Under the pieces are notes generated by a model. That model saw only the letters and a program-made list of their open reading frames with translations, had not been told where the DNA came from and did not search any database. From Isurus oxyrinchus (taxonomy: Eukaryota): DNA of 64,000 bases. Made by a program: the position numbers and the translations under genes. Of the stretch, positions 15,250-29,800 are shown one piece after another. Position 1 is the stretch's first letter. Every line of letters begins with the position of its first letter. Where the stretch lies: contig JANJGN010000010.1 of assembly GCA_026770705.1 (NCBI GenBank), positions 94,488,001 to 94,552,000 on the forward strand, read 5' to 3'.

Positions 15250-18200
15250 TTAACCCTGATCTGCATCATTCTCTGAAATTAAACTGATCCACACACTCTC
15301 AGGATTAGTCCTGATCCACAAACTCTCAGTATTTATCCTGATCCACACACTCTCAGGATTGATACTGATCCATGCTCTGTCAGGACTGATACTGATCCAC
15401 CACACTCAGGATTAACCCTGATCCTACACGCTCGCAAGATTGACACTGATGCCGTGCACATTCAGGATTGATCCAAATCCACAGACACTGAGGGATGATC
15501 CAGATCCACACAATCTCAGCACTGACCCTGATCCCAACCACACTCAGGATTGACACTGATTCACACACTTTGCGGATTGATCCTGATCCACAAACTCTGA
15601 GGATTGATCTTGATCAACATACTCTCTGGATTAATCCTGATCAACACACTCTCAGTATTGGTCCTGATCCACACACTCTCAGGGTTGACACTGATTCACA
15701 CACTCTGTGGATTGATCCTGATCCACAAACTCTGTGGATTAATCCTGATCAACACACTCTCAGTATTTATCCTGATCCACACACTCTCAGGATTCATCCT
15801 CATTCACACCTTCTCAGGATTGATCCTGATCAACAAATTCTCAGGATTGATCCTGATCAACACCCTCTCCTGAGTGATCCTGACCCACATGCACTCAGGA
15901 TTGATCCTAATCCACGCATTTGCAGGAGTGATCCTGATCCACACACTCTGTGGATTCATCCTAATGCGCTCTCAGGATTGACCCAGCTCCAAACATTCTC
16001 ATGATTGTTCTTGATCCATGACATTCTCAGGATTGACACTGAACCACAAAGTCTCAGGATTGATCTTGATCCACTTTCTATCAGGATTGTTCCTGATCCA
16101 CAAACTCTCAGGATTGATCTTGATCCACACACTCTGAGAATTGATACAGATAGAGACACCCTGGGATTTGACCCTGAGCTGACAGAGTCGCAGGACTGAT
16201 CCTGATCCACACAATCTCTTGATTGACACTGATCCCACACACCCTCATGATTGATCCCTATCCACAAACTCTCATTTTTGATCCTGATCCACAAACTCTC
16301 AGGATTGATATTGATCTACACAGTCACAGTGCAGATTCTGATCAGCACACTCTCAGGTTTGGCCATGATCTTCCACACTCTCAGAATTGATCCTGATTCA
16401 CACACTTTCAGGATTGATTCTGATTCACACGTGCTCAGCATTGATCATGATTCCCCGCGCCCTATGGATTGATCCAGATACCCTTGCCTTCATGATAGTC
16501 CCTGGTCACCCACACTTTCTGCATTGATCCTGATCCATACAATCACGGGACAGAACCCAATCCACACACTCTTAGGATTGATACTGATCCACAAACACTG
16601 TCAGGACGCATCCTGGTCCACACATCATGCACACAATCTCAGGATTGAACCAGATCCACAGACTTTCTTGATTGATCCTGATCTCCCATCCTTTCAGGTT
16701 TGATCCTGATCCCCACCCCCTCAGGATTTAACCTGATACCCCACACTCTCAGGAGTGTTCCTGATGGACACACTCTCAGGATTGACCTTGATGCACACAC
16801 TCTCAGGGTTGATCCTGATTCAGACTCTCCCAGAATTGATTCTGATCCGCACAGACTCTCAGGATTGATCCTGATCCACATGCTGTCTGGATTGATCTTG
16901 ATCAACACACTCTATGGAGTGATGCTGATACACACAATCTCAGGATTGATCTCTATCCACACACTCCTAGGAATAATCCTGTTCCAGCCACTCTCAGGAT
17001 TGTCCCTGATCCACACACTCTCTGGATTCACCATAATCCACAAACTGGCATGATTAACCCTGATCCAAATCACTCTCAGAAATAAAATTGATCCACACAC
17101 TCTCAGGATTAATCCTGATCCACACAGTCTCAGGATTTATACTGATCAATGCAGTCTCAGGATTGATCCTGATCTGCACACTGTCAGGACTGATACTGAT
17201 CCACTGCACTCAGATTTGTCCCTGATCCCACTCACTCACAAGATTGATCCTGATCCACACTCACTGACGATTGAAACTGATGCCATGCACCCTCAGGATT
17301 GATCCCAATCCGTAGATGCTCAGGGATGATCCAGATCCATATGCTCTCAGCATTGATGCTGATCCCCACCACACTCAGGATTGGCACTGATTCACACACT
17401 CTGAGGATTGATCCTGATACACAAACTCTGAGGATTGATCTTGATCAACACACTCTCTGGATTAATCCTGATGAACAAACTCTCAGGATTAATCCTGAAC
17501 AACACTCTCAGTATTCATCCTGATCCACACACTCTCAGGATTCATCCTCATTCACGCATTTTCAGGATTGATCCTGATCAACAATTTCTCAGGATAGATC
17601 CTGATCAACACCCTCTCTGGAGTGATCCTGATCCACACACTCTCAGGATTGATCCTGATCCTTTTGCCCTCATAATTGTCCCTGGTCCCCCATGCACTCA
17701 GGATTTATCCTAACCCATGCACTCACAGGAGTGATCCTGAACCATGCACTCTCAGGATTGATCCAGCTCCAAACTTTCTCAGGATTCTTCTTGATTCTAG
17801 ACGCTCTCAGGATTGACGCTGAACCATAAACTCTCAGGATTGATCTTGAGCAACAAACTCTCAGGGTTGATCCTAATCAATACACTCTCTGGATTGATCC
17901 TGATCCACACACACTCAGGATTGATCCTGATCTAAACACTCTCACAATTGATCTTGATCCACTGTGCTCGGGATTAATCCTGATCCACACGCTCTCAGGG
18001 TTGAACCTAATCAATACATTCTTTGGATTGATCCTCATCCACACACACTCAGGATTGAACCAGTTCCACACACCCTGGGATTTGACCCTGATCCAACACA
18101 CTCACTGGATTGATCCTGATCCACACACTCTCTTGATTGACACTGATTCCACATATTCTCAGGATTGGTCTCTATCCACACGCTCTCATGATTGATCCTG

Positions 18201-19000
18201 ATCCTAAAACTCTCAGTATTGATCTTGATCTACAGAGACACACTACTGATACTGATCCACACACTCTCAGGGTTGTTCCTGATCCACACACTCACAGGAT
18301 TGATCCTGATGCATACACTCTCATTATTGATCCTGATCAACACACTCTCAGGATTGATCCTGACTCACACATGCTCAGCATTGATCATGATTCCCCACAC
18401 TCTGTGGATTGATTCTGATACCCTTGCCTTCATGATTGTCCCTGGTCACCCACACTCTCTGCATTGATCCTGATCCACACAATCACAGGACAGAACCTCA
18501 TCCCCACACTCTCTGGATTGATACTGATCCACAAACACTGTCAGGACGGATCCTGGTCCACACATTCTCTCCATTACACATGATCCACACAATCTCAGGA
18601 TTGAACCAGATCCACAGGCTTTCTTGATTGATCCTGATCCCCCATCCTCTCAGATTTGATCCTGATCCACACACCTTCAAGATTGACCCTGATACCCCAC
18701 AGTCGAAAAATTGATCCTGATGCACACACATTCAGGGTTGATCCTGATCCACACGCTCTCAGAAATGATCCTGATCTGCAAAAATTGATCCTGATCCACA
18801 CACTTTCTGGATTGATCCTGATCCATACACTCTATGGATTGATGCTGATACACACAATCTCAGTATTGATCCCTATCCACACACTCTTAGGAATAATCCT
18901 GTTCCAGCTATTCTCAGGATTGTTCCTGGTCCACACACTCTCAGGATTCAACATAATGCACATACTGGCATGATTAACCCTGATCCACATTCATTCTCAG
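15250..19000 (+). repeat. Diverged dimer of a ~1.8-1.94 kb higher-order unit
   Basis: Private variant CCTGGTCACCCACAC at 16501 and 18441; GCTCAGCATTGATCATGATTCCCC at 16433 and 18373 (offset 1,940); CCAGCTCCAAAC at ~15983 and ~17763. Confidence 0.72.
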
Positions 19001-19399
19001 AAAAGAAATTGGTCCAAACACTCTCAGCAGTGATCATGATACACAGTCTGTCTGGATTGATCCTGATCTACTCAATCTCAGGATTGATCCGTTTCCACAC
19101 ATTCTTAGCAATAATCCTGTCCCAGCCACTATCAAGAAAGATCCTGATCCACAAATACTCTGGATTCACCTTAATGCACACACTGGCATGATTAACCCTG
19201 ATCCACATCACTCTCAGAAATGAAACTAATCCACACACTCTCAGGGTTGATCCTGATCCACACACTCTCAGCATTAACCCTGATTCCACAGCCCCACCAG
19301 CCCCCAACCCCACCCTGCACTGATCAACTCACTCTCAGGATTGATCCAGATTCACACATGCTCAGCATTGATCATGATTACCAACACTCCGTTGGTTGA

Positions 19400-22300
19400 T
19401 CCTGATACCCTTCCCTTCATGATAGTCCCTGGTCCCCCAAATTCTCTGCATTGATCTTGATCCACAAACTCACAGGACAGAGCCTGATCCACACACTCTC
19501 AGGATTGAAACTGAACCACAAACACTATCAGGATGGCTCCTAATCCACACAATCTCTATATTACTTTTGATCCACACAATCTCAGGATTGATCCAGATCC
19601 ACAGACTGTCTGGATTAATCCTGATCCCCCATCCTCTCAGGTTTGATCCTGATCCCCACAACTCCAGCTTTGACCCCGAAACCACAAACACTCAGGATTT
19701 TTCCTGAAGGACACACTCTCAGGATTCATCCTGATGCACAGGCTCTCAGGATTGATCCTGATCCACACACTCTATGCAATGATGCTGATCCACGCAATCT
19801 CAAGATTGATCACTAGCCACGCACTCCTAGGAATAATCCTGTACCAGCCACTCTCAGGCTTGATCCTGATCCACACAATCTCAGGATTCACCATCATCCA
19901 CACACTGGCATGATTAACCCTGATCCCCTCATGCTCAGAACTGAAACTGATGCACAATCTCAGGATTGATCATGATCCATACACTCTCAGGATTGATCCT
20001 GCTCCACATACTCTCAGGATTGATCCAGATCCACACACAGTCAGGACTGATCCTGATCCACCCCACTCAGGAATGTCCCTGATCCCACACACTCTCAGGG
20101 ATGATCCAGATCCACACACTTTCAGCTTTAACCCTGATCCACCCCCACACTCCAGATTGGCACTGATCCGCACACTCTGAGGATTGATCCTGATCCACAC
20201 ACTCTGAGGACTTATCTTGATCAAAGCACTCATAGGACTAATCCTGATCCACACACTCTCTGGATTGATCATGACCCCCCACACTCTTTGGATTGATCCT
20301 GTTCCACAAACTCTCAGGACTGATACTGATCCACAAGCACTGTCAGGATGGATCCTGATCCACACATTCTCTGGATTACTCATGATACAAAAAATCACAG
20401 GATTGATCCAAATCCACACACTGTCTGGATCAATCGTGATCCCCCACCCTCTCAGGTTTGATCAGGAAACGCCACACCATCAGGATTGATCCTGATGAAA
20501 ACACTCCCAGGATTCATCCTAATGCACACACTCTCAGGGTTGATGCTTATCTAGTCTCTCTCAGAATTGATTCTGATTCCACACACACACACTCAGGATT
20601 GATCCTAATCCACACACTGTCGGGATTGATCCTGATCTACACACTTTCTGGATTGATGCTGATCCTTACAATCTGAGGATTGATCCATTTCCACACACTC
20701 TTAGGAATAATCCTGCTCCAGCCACTCTCGGATTCATCCTGATCCACAGACTCTGAGGATTGATCTTGATCAAAGCACTCACAGGATTAATCCTGATCCA
20801 CACACTCTCAGGATTGATCATGACTCCCACACTCTGGATTGATCCTGATCCATACACTCTCAGGATTGATACTGATCCACAAACACTGTCAAGATGGATC
20901 CTGATCCACACATTCTCTGGATTACTCAATATCCAAACAATCACAGGATTGATCCAAATCCACACACTTTCTGGACTGATCCTGATCCCCCACCCTCTCA
21001 GGTTTGATCATGAAATGCCACACCATCAGAATTGATCCTGATGAAAACACGCCCAGGATTCATCCTAATGCACACACTTTCAGGGTTGATGCTTATCCAG
21101 TCTCTCTCAGAATTGTTTCTGATCGGCACACACACTCAGGATTGATCCTGATCCACACACTGTCGGGATTGATCCTGATCTGCACGTTCCCTGGATTTAT
21201 GCTGATCCGTACAATCTGAGGATTGTTCAGTTTCCACACACACTTAGGAATAATCCTATTCCAGCCACTCTCGGATTGATCCTGATCCGCACACCCTCCG
21301 GATTCACCAAGATCCACATACTGCATGATTAACCCTGATCCCCATCACCCTTAAAAATGAAACCGATCCACACACTCTCAGGCCTGATCCTGATCCACAC
21401 ACTCACAGGATTAATCCTGATGCACACGCCCTCAAGATTGATCCTGATCAACACACTCTCAGGAATGATTTTAATTCACACTTGGTCAGCATTGATCATC
21501 ATTCCCCACCCTCTGTAGATTGATCCTGATCCCCTTGCCTTCATGATAGTCCCTGGTCCCCCATACTCTCTGCAATGATCCTGATCCACACACTCACAGG
21601 TCGGAACCTGATCCATACACTCTCAGGATAAATCCTGATCCACACAATCTCAGGATTGATAATGACCCACAGGACTGATCCCGATCCTCCACACTCAGAT
21701 TGACCCAGATCCCACACACTCTCAGTGTTGATCCAGAACAACATACTCTCAACAATAACCATGATCCCCAACACCCCATACCCGCACTCTGGTTTGGCTG
21801 TGATCTACACACTCTGGGGACTGATCCTGATCCACACACTCTCAGGATTGATCTTCATCAAAACACTCTCAGGATTAACACTGATCCACACATGCTCTGG
21901 TTTGATCCTGATCGACACACTCAGAGGATTGATCCTGATGCACACACTCTCAGGATTGATCCTGATGCAAACACTCTAAGGATTGATACTGATCACACAC
22001 TCTCAGGATTGATCCTGATTCTAAATGTCTCAGGATTGATCATGATCCCACTCACTCTGTGGATTGATCCTGATCCCTTTCCCTTCATGATAGTCCCTCA
22101 TTCTCCACACTCTCTGCAATGATCCTGAACCACACACTCACAGGAAGGAACCTGATCCACACACTCTCAGGATAAATCCTGATCCACACACTCTCAGGAT
22201 TGATAATGATCCACACACTGTCAGGACTGATTCTGATCCTCCGCACTCAGCATTGACCCAGATGCCACACAGCCTAATTGTTGATCTAGATCCATACACT

Positions 22301-25250
22301 CTCAGCAATAACCATGAACCCCCCCCCCTCCCCCACCTCCTCCCCCCCCCCCCCCCACCCGCAACCCCCCACACCACCCACCATACACACGCACTCTGGA
22401 TTGGCTGTGATCCACACAATCTGAGGACTGATCCTGATCAATACACCCACAGGATTGATCTTGATCAATACTCTCTCAGGATTAACCCTGATCCACACAC
22501 TCTCAGGGCTGAACCTGATCGACACACTCACAGGATTGATCCTGATTCACACACTCTCAGGATTTATCCTGATGCACACACTCAAGATTGCTCCTGATTC
22601 TCACTCTCTCAGGATTGATCATGATCCCCCACATTCTGTGGATTGATCCTGATCCCCTTGCCTTCATGATAGTCCCTGGTCCCCCACAGTCTCGGGAATG
22701 ATCCTGATCCAAACACTCTCAGGATTGATACTGGGCCACACACACTATCAGGATGGATCCTGATCCACACAAGCTCTGGATTACTCATGATCCAAACAAT
22801 CTCAGAATTGATCCAAATCCACTCACTTTCTGGATTGATCATGATCGCCCATCCTCTCAGGGTTGATCCTGCTCCCCACAACTCCAGCATTCACCCCGAA
22901 ACCCCAAACACACAGGCTTTTTCCTGATGGACCCACTTTCAGGATTGATCCTGATCCACACACTCTATGGAGTGATGCTGATCCATGCAAACTCAAGATT
23001 GATCGCTGTCCACACACTCCTAGGAATAATCCTGAACCAGTCATTCTCAGGCTTGATCCTGATCCACACAATCTCAGGATTCACCATTATCAACACACTG
23101 GCATGATTAACCCTGATCCCCATCACGCTCAGAAATGAAACAGATCCACAATCTCAGGATCGATCATGATCCATACGCTCTCAGGATAGATCCTGATCCA
23201 CACACAGTCAGGACTGATCTTGATCCACCACATTCAGGATTGTCCCTGATCCCACACACTCTCAGGGATGATCCAGATCCACACACTTTCTGTGTTAACC
23301 GTGAACCACCCCCACACCCCCATACTCCAGATTGGCACTGATCCACACACTCTGAGGATTGATCCTGAACCATATACTCTCCGGATTGATCATGACCCCC
23401 ACACTCAGTGAATTGATCCTGATCCCGTTGCCTTCATGATAGTCCCTGGACCCCAACACTCTTTGGATTGAACCTGATCCACACACTCTCAGGTTTGATA
23501 CTGATCTACAAAAACTGTCAGGACGGATCCTGATTCACACAATCTCTGGATTACTCATGATCCAAACAATCACAGGATTGATCCAAATCCACACACTTTC
23601 TGGATTGATCCTGATTCCCCACCCTCTCAGGTTTGATCATGAAACCCCACACCATCAGGATTGATCCTGATGAAAACACTCCCTGGATTCATCCTAATGC
23701 ATACACTCTCAGGGTTGATGCACATCCAATCTCTCTCAGAATTTATTCTGATCTGCATACACACTCAGATTGATCCTGATCTACACACTCTCAGGATTGA
23801 TCCTGATCTACACACTCTTTGGATTGATGCTGATCCTTACAATCTGAGGATTGATCCATTTCCACACAATCTTAGGAATAATCCTATTCCAGCCACTCTT
23901 GGATTGATCCTGATCCACACACCCTCCGGATTCTCCATGATCCACATACTGGCATGATTAACCCTGATCCCCATCACCCTTAAAAATGCAACTGATCCAT
24001 ACACTCTCAGGGATGATCCTGATCAACACACTCTCAGGAATGATTTTTATTCACACATGCTCAGCATTGATCATCATTCCCCACACTCTGTGGATTGATC
24101 CTGATCCTCTGGCCTTCATGATCTTCCCTGGTTGCCCTAACACTTTACATTGATCTTGATCCAAACACTCACAGGACCGAACCTGATCCACACACTCCCA
24201 GGATGAATCTGGATCCACACACTCTTAGGATTGATCCTGATCCACACACTGTCAGCACTGATCCTGATCCTCCACACTCAGAATTGACCCAGAACCCACA
24301 CACTCTCAGTTTTGATCCAGATCCACACACTCTCAGCCATAACCATGATCCCCAACACCCCACACCTGCACTCTTGGTTGGCTGTGATCTAAACACTCTG
24401 GGGACTGATCCTGATCCACACACACTCAGGGTTGATGCTGATCGACGCACTCACAGGATTGATCCTGATGCACACACTCTCGGGATTGACCCCGATGCAA
24501 ACACTCTCAGGATTGATACTGACCACACACTCTCAGGATTGATCCTGATTCTAAATGTCTCAGGATTATTCATGATCCCACACTCTCTATGGATTGATCC
24601 TGCAGCCTTTGCCTTCATGATAGTCCCTCATCCCCAACGCTCTCTGCAATGATCCTGATCCACACACTCACAGGAAGGAACCTGATCCACACACTCTCAG
24701 GATTGATAATGATCCACAAACTGTCAGGATTGATCCTGATCCTCTGCACTCAGCATTGACCCAGATGCCACACACTGTCAGTGTTGAGCTAGATCCACAT
24801 ACACTCAGCAATAACCATGATCCCCCCGCCCCCACCCCCCCACCAACCCACCATACACCCGCACTCTGGATTGGCTGTGATCCACACACTCTGAGGACTG
24901 ATCCTGATCAACACACCCTCCGGATTGATCTTGATCAATACACTCTCAGGATTAAGCCTGATCCACCCACTCTCCGGGCCCATCCTGATCGACACACGCA
25001 CAGGAGTGATCGTGATGCACACACTCTCGGGATTGATCTTGATGCACACACTTTCAGGATTGATCTTGATGCACACACTCTCAGGATTGATACTGACCAC
25101 ACACACTCAGGATTGCTCATGATTCTCACTCTCTCAGGATTGATCATGATACCTCACATTCTGGGGATCGATGCTGATCCCCTTGCCTTCATGAAAGTCC
25201 TGGGTCCCCCACACTCTCGGGATTGATGCTTATCCCCTTGTCTTCATGAT
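19400..25250 (+). repeat. Diverged dimer of a ~2.6 kb unit; the first copy carries an internal ~546-bp tandem duplication (~20190-21290)
   Basis: GATGAAAACAC at 20494, 21040, 23669. CATGATCCCCAACACCCCA at 21760 and 24344. ACTCCAGC..ACCCCGAAACC at 19661 and 22881 (offset 3,220, about the unit plus the internal duplication). Confidence 0.78.
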
Positions 25251-26694
25251 AGTCCCTGGTCCCCCACACTCTCGGGATTGATCCTGATCCACACATTCTC
25301 AGGATTGATACTGGGCCACACACACTGTCAGGACGGATCCTGATCCACACAAGTTCTGGATTGCTCATGGTCCAAACAATCTCAGGATTCATCCAAATCC
25401 ACAGACTTTCTGGATTGATCCTGATCCCCCCACCCTCACATATCTGACCCTGAATCCCACAGCATCAAGATTGATCCTGATGCACATACTCTCAGGATTG
25501 ATCCAGATGCACACACTCTCAGGGTTAGTCCTGATCCAGTCTGTCTCAGAATTGATTCTGATCCACACACACTCTCAGGATAAATCCTGATCCACACATT
25601 CTCTCGATTGATGCTGGTCCACAAAATCTCAGGATTGATTGCTATCCACACACTCCTAGGAATAATCCTGTACCAGCCACTCTCAGGCTTGATCCTAATC
25701 AACACATTCTCAGGATTGATACTAGGCCACACACATTGTCAGGACGGATCCTGATCCACACAAGCTCTGGATTACTCATGATCCAAACAATCTCAGGATT
25801 GATCAAAATCCAAACATGTTCTGGATTGATCCTGATCCCCCACCCTCACATATTTGATCCTGAACCCCACAGCATCAGGATTGATCCTGATGCACATACT
25901 CTCAGGATTGATCCTGATGCACACACTTTCAGGGTTAGTACTGATCCAGACTGTCTCAGAATTGATTCTGATCCACACACACTCTCAGGATCGATCCTGA
26001 TCGACACACTCACAGGATTGATCCTGATTCACACACTCTCAGAATTGATTCTGATCTGCAAATACTCTCAGGATTGATCCTGATCCACATACTTTCGGGA
26101 TTGATGCTGATCCACACACTCTATGGATTGATGCTGATCCAGACAATCTCAGGAATGATCCGTTTCCACATATTCTTAGGAATAATCCTGTTACAGCCCT
26201 CTCAAGATTGATCCTGATCCACACACTCAATGGATTCACCATGATTCACCATGATCCACACACTGGCATGATTAACCCTGATCCCATCACTCAAATGAAA
26301 CTGATCCACACAATCACAGGATTGATCCTGAGGCACACACTCTCAGGATTGCTCCTGATCAACAGACTCTCAGGATTGATTTTGATTCACATATGCTCAG
26401 CATTGATCATGATTCCCCACATTCTGTGGCATGGTCATGATCCCCTTGCCTTCTTGATAATCCCAGGTCCACCACACACTCTTCAATGATCCTGATCCAC
26501 ACACTTAGAGGATGGAACCTGATCCACACACCCTTGGGATAAATCCTGATCCACACACTTTCAGGATTGATATTGATCCACACACTGTCAGGACTGATCC
26601 TGATCCTCTGTACTCAGGATTGACCCAGATCCCACACACTCTCAAGGTTGATCCAGAACAACACACTCTCATCATTAACACTGACCACCCCCAC

Positions 26695-26846
26695 NNNNNN
26701 NNNNNNNNNNNNNNNNNNNNNNNNNNNNNNNNNNNNNNNNNNNNNNNNNNNNNNNNNNNNNNNNNNNNNNNNNNNNNNNNNNNNNNNNNNNNNNNNNNNN
26801 NNNNNNNNNNNNNNNNNNNNNNNNNNNNNNNNNNNNNNNNNNNNNN
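26695..26846. other. Assembly gap (152 N)
   Basis: Run of n; preceded by ATCATTAACACTGACCACCCCCAC. Confidence 0.99.
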
Positions 26847-29800
26847 ACACACTCTGAGGATTGAGTCTGATCCACACACTCTCAGGATTGATCTTGATCA
26901 GAACACTCTCAGGATTAATCCAGATCCACACACTCTCATGGTTGATCCTGATCGACACCTTCACAGGATTGATCCTGATGCACACACTCTCAGGATTGCT
27001 CCTAATACACAAACTCACAGGATTGATACTGACCACACACTCTCAGGATGGACCATGATCCCCCACACTCTGTGGAATAATCCTGATCCCCTTGCCTTCA
27101 TGATATTCGCTGCCCCCCCCCCCCCACCCCCCCCACAATATCTGGATTGATACTGATCCACACACACTGTCAGGACAGATCCTGATCCACACAAGCTCTG
27201 GATTACTCATGATCCAAACAATCTCAAGTTTGATCCAAATCCACACACTTTATGGATTTATCCTGAGCCCCACCCTCTCAGGTTTGATCCTGAACCCCAT
27301 ACCATCAGGATTGATCCAGATGCACATACTCTCATGACTGATCCTGATGCATTCAATCTCAGGGGTGATCCTGATCCAGACTCTCTCAGAATTGATTCTG
27401 ATCTGCACACTCTCTCAGGATTGATCCTGATCCACACACTGTCAGTATTGATCCTGATCCACACACTCTCTGGACTGATGCTGATCCACACAATCTCAGG
27501 ATTGATTGCTATCCACACACTCGTCGGAATAATCCTGTACCAGCCACTCTCAGGCAAGATCCTGATCAACACACTCTCAGGATTCACCATAATCCACACA
27601 CTGGCATGATTAAACCTGATCCCCATCACTCTCTGAAATGAAAGTGATCCACTCTCTCAGGAATGACAATGATTGACAGCAGTCAGGATTGACCCTGATT
27701 CCACACACTCACAGGGTTGGTCCATATCCACACAGCCTCAGCATTAAACCTGATCCCCGCCCCACACTCCAGATTGTCACTGATCCACACACTCTCAGGA
27801 TTGATACTGATCGACACACTCTCAGGATTGATTCTATCCACGCAATCTCAGGATTGATCCAGATCCACAGACTTTCTGGATTGATCCTGATCCCCCATCC
27901 ACACAGGTTTGATCCTGATCCCCACACCTTCAGGATTGACCCTGATACCCAACACTCTCTGGATTGTTCCTAATCACCACACTCACAGGATTGATACTGA
28001 TGCACACACTCTCAGTATTGATACTGACCACACACTTTGAGGAGGCATCCTGATTCTTACTCTGTCAGGATTGATCATGATCCCCTGCACTCTATGGATT
28101 GATCCTGATCCCCTTGCCTTCATGATAGTCCTTGGTCCCCCACACTCACTGGATTGATCCAGATCTAAACACTCTCAGGATTAATAGTGATCCACACACA
28201 CTGTCAGGACGGATACTGATCCACATGATATCATGATTCCTCATGATCCAAACAATCTCATAATTGATCCAAACCCACGCACTTTCTGGATTGATCCTGA
28301 TCCCCCCCACCACCAACCCCACCCCCTCACAGGTTTGATCCTGAACCCCACACAATCGGGATTGATACTGATGCACACACTCTCTGGATTCACCATAATC
28401 CACACACTGGCATGATTAACCCTGTTCCCCATCACTCTTAAAAATGAAACTGATTCACACACTCTCAGCGTTGATCTTGATCCACACACTCACAGGATTG
28501 TGCCTGATGTACGTGCACTCAGTTTTGATCATGATCAACACACTAGCAGGATAGATTTTGATTCACACTTGCTAAGCATTGATCATGATTCCCCACAATC
28601 TGTGGATTGATCCTGATCCACACACTGTCAGGACTGTTACTGATGCACCGTACTCTTTATTGACCATGATCCCAAACACTCTCAGGGTTGATGCAGATCC
28701 ACACACTCTCAGCAATGACCCTGACCCCCCACAGCCTCTCCGAACCGCACTCTGGATTGGCACTGATCCACAAACTCTGAGGATAGATCCTGATCCATGC
28801 ACCTTGATGATTGATCTTGATCAAAATACTCTCAGGATTAATCCTGATCCACACACTCACAGGATTGATACTGATCGGCACACTCTCAGGATTGATCCTG
28901 ATCCCCCATCCTCACAGGTTTGATCCTGATACCCACGCCTTCAGGATTGACCCTGATCCCCCACCCTCTCAGTTTTGATCCTGAACCCCACACCATCAGG
29001 ATTGATCCTGATGCATAACTTCTCAGGATTGATCCTGATGCACATACTCTCAGGGTGGATCCTGATCCAGACTCTATCAGAATTGATTCTGATATGCACA
29101 CACACTCAGAATTTAACCTGGTCCAGACGCTGTCAGGATTGATCCTGATCCACACACTCTGAAGATTGATCTTGATCAAAACACTCTTAGGATTAATCTT
29201 GCTCCACACACCCACAGGATTGATCCAGATGCACATCTTCTCAGGCTTAATCCTGATCCTCACACCTTCAGGATTGACCCTGATGCCCCACACTCTCAGG
29301 TTTGATCCTGAACCCCACACCATCAGGATTGATCTGGATGCACAACTTCTCAGGTTTGATCCTGATGCAGACACTCTCAGGGTGGATCCTGATCCAGACT
29401 CTCTCAGAATTGATTCTGATATGCACACACAATCATAATTGACCCTGATCCACACGCTGTCAGGATTGATCCTGATCCACACACTCTATGGATTGATGCT
29501 GATCCACACAATCTCAGGACTGATTGCTAAGCATGCACTCCTGGGTATAAACTCGTATCAGCCACTCTCAGCCTTGATCCTGATAAACACACTCTCATGG
29601 TTCACAATAATCCACACACTGGCATGATTTACCCTGATCCCCATCACTCTCAGAATTAAACTGGTCTACATTCTCAGGATTGATAATGATCCACACTCTC
29701 AGAATTGATCCTGATCAACAAACTCTCAGAATTGTTCCTCATCCACAAACAATCAGGACTGATCCTGATGCACCACATTCAGGATTGACCCTGATCCCAC

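Noticed and set aside
20490-20530. Satellite monomers as hammerhead ribozymes (as in newt or schistosome satellites); CTGATGA occurs here and at a few other sites, and GAAAC occurs in cassette A
   Set aside because: The consensus reads CTGATCC, not CUGANGA. The sporadic CTGATGA variants I examined are not followed by a stem II plus GAAA at the right spacing.
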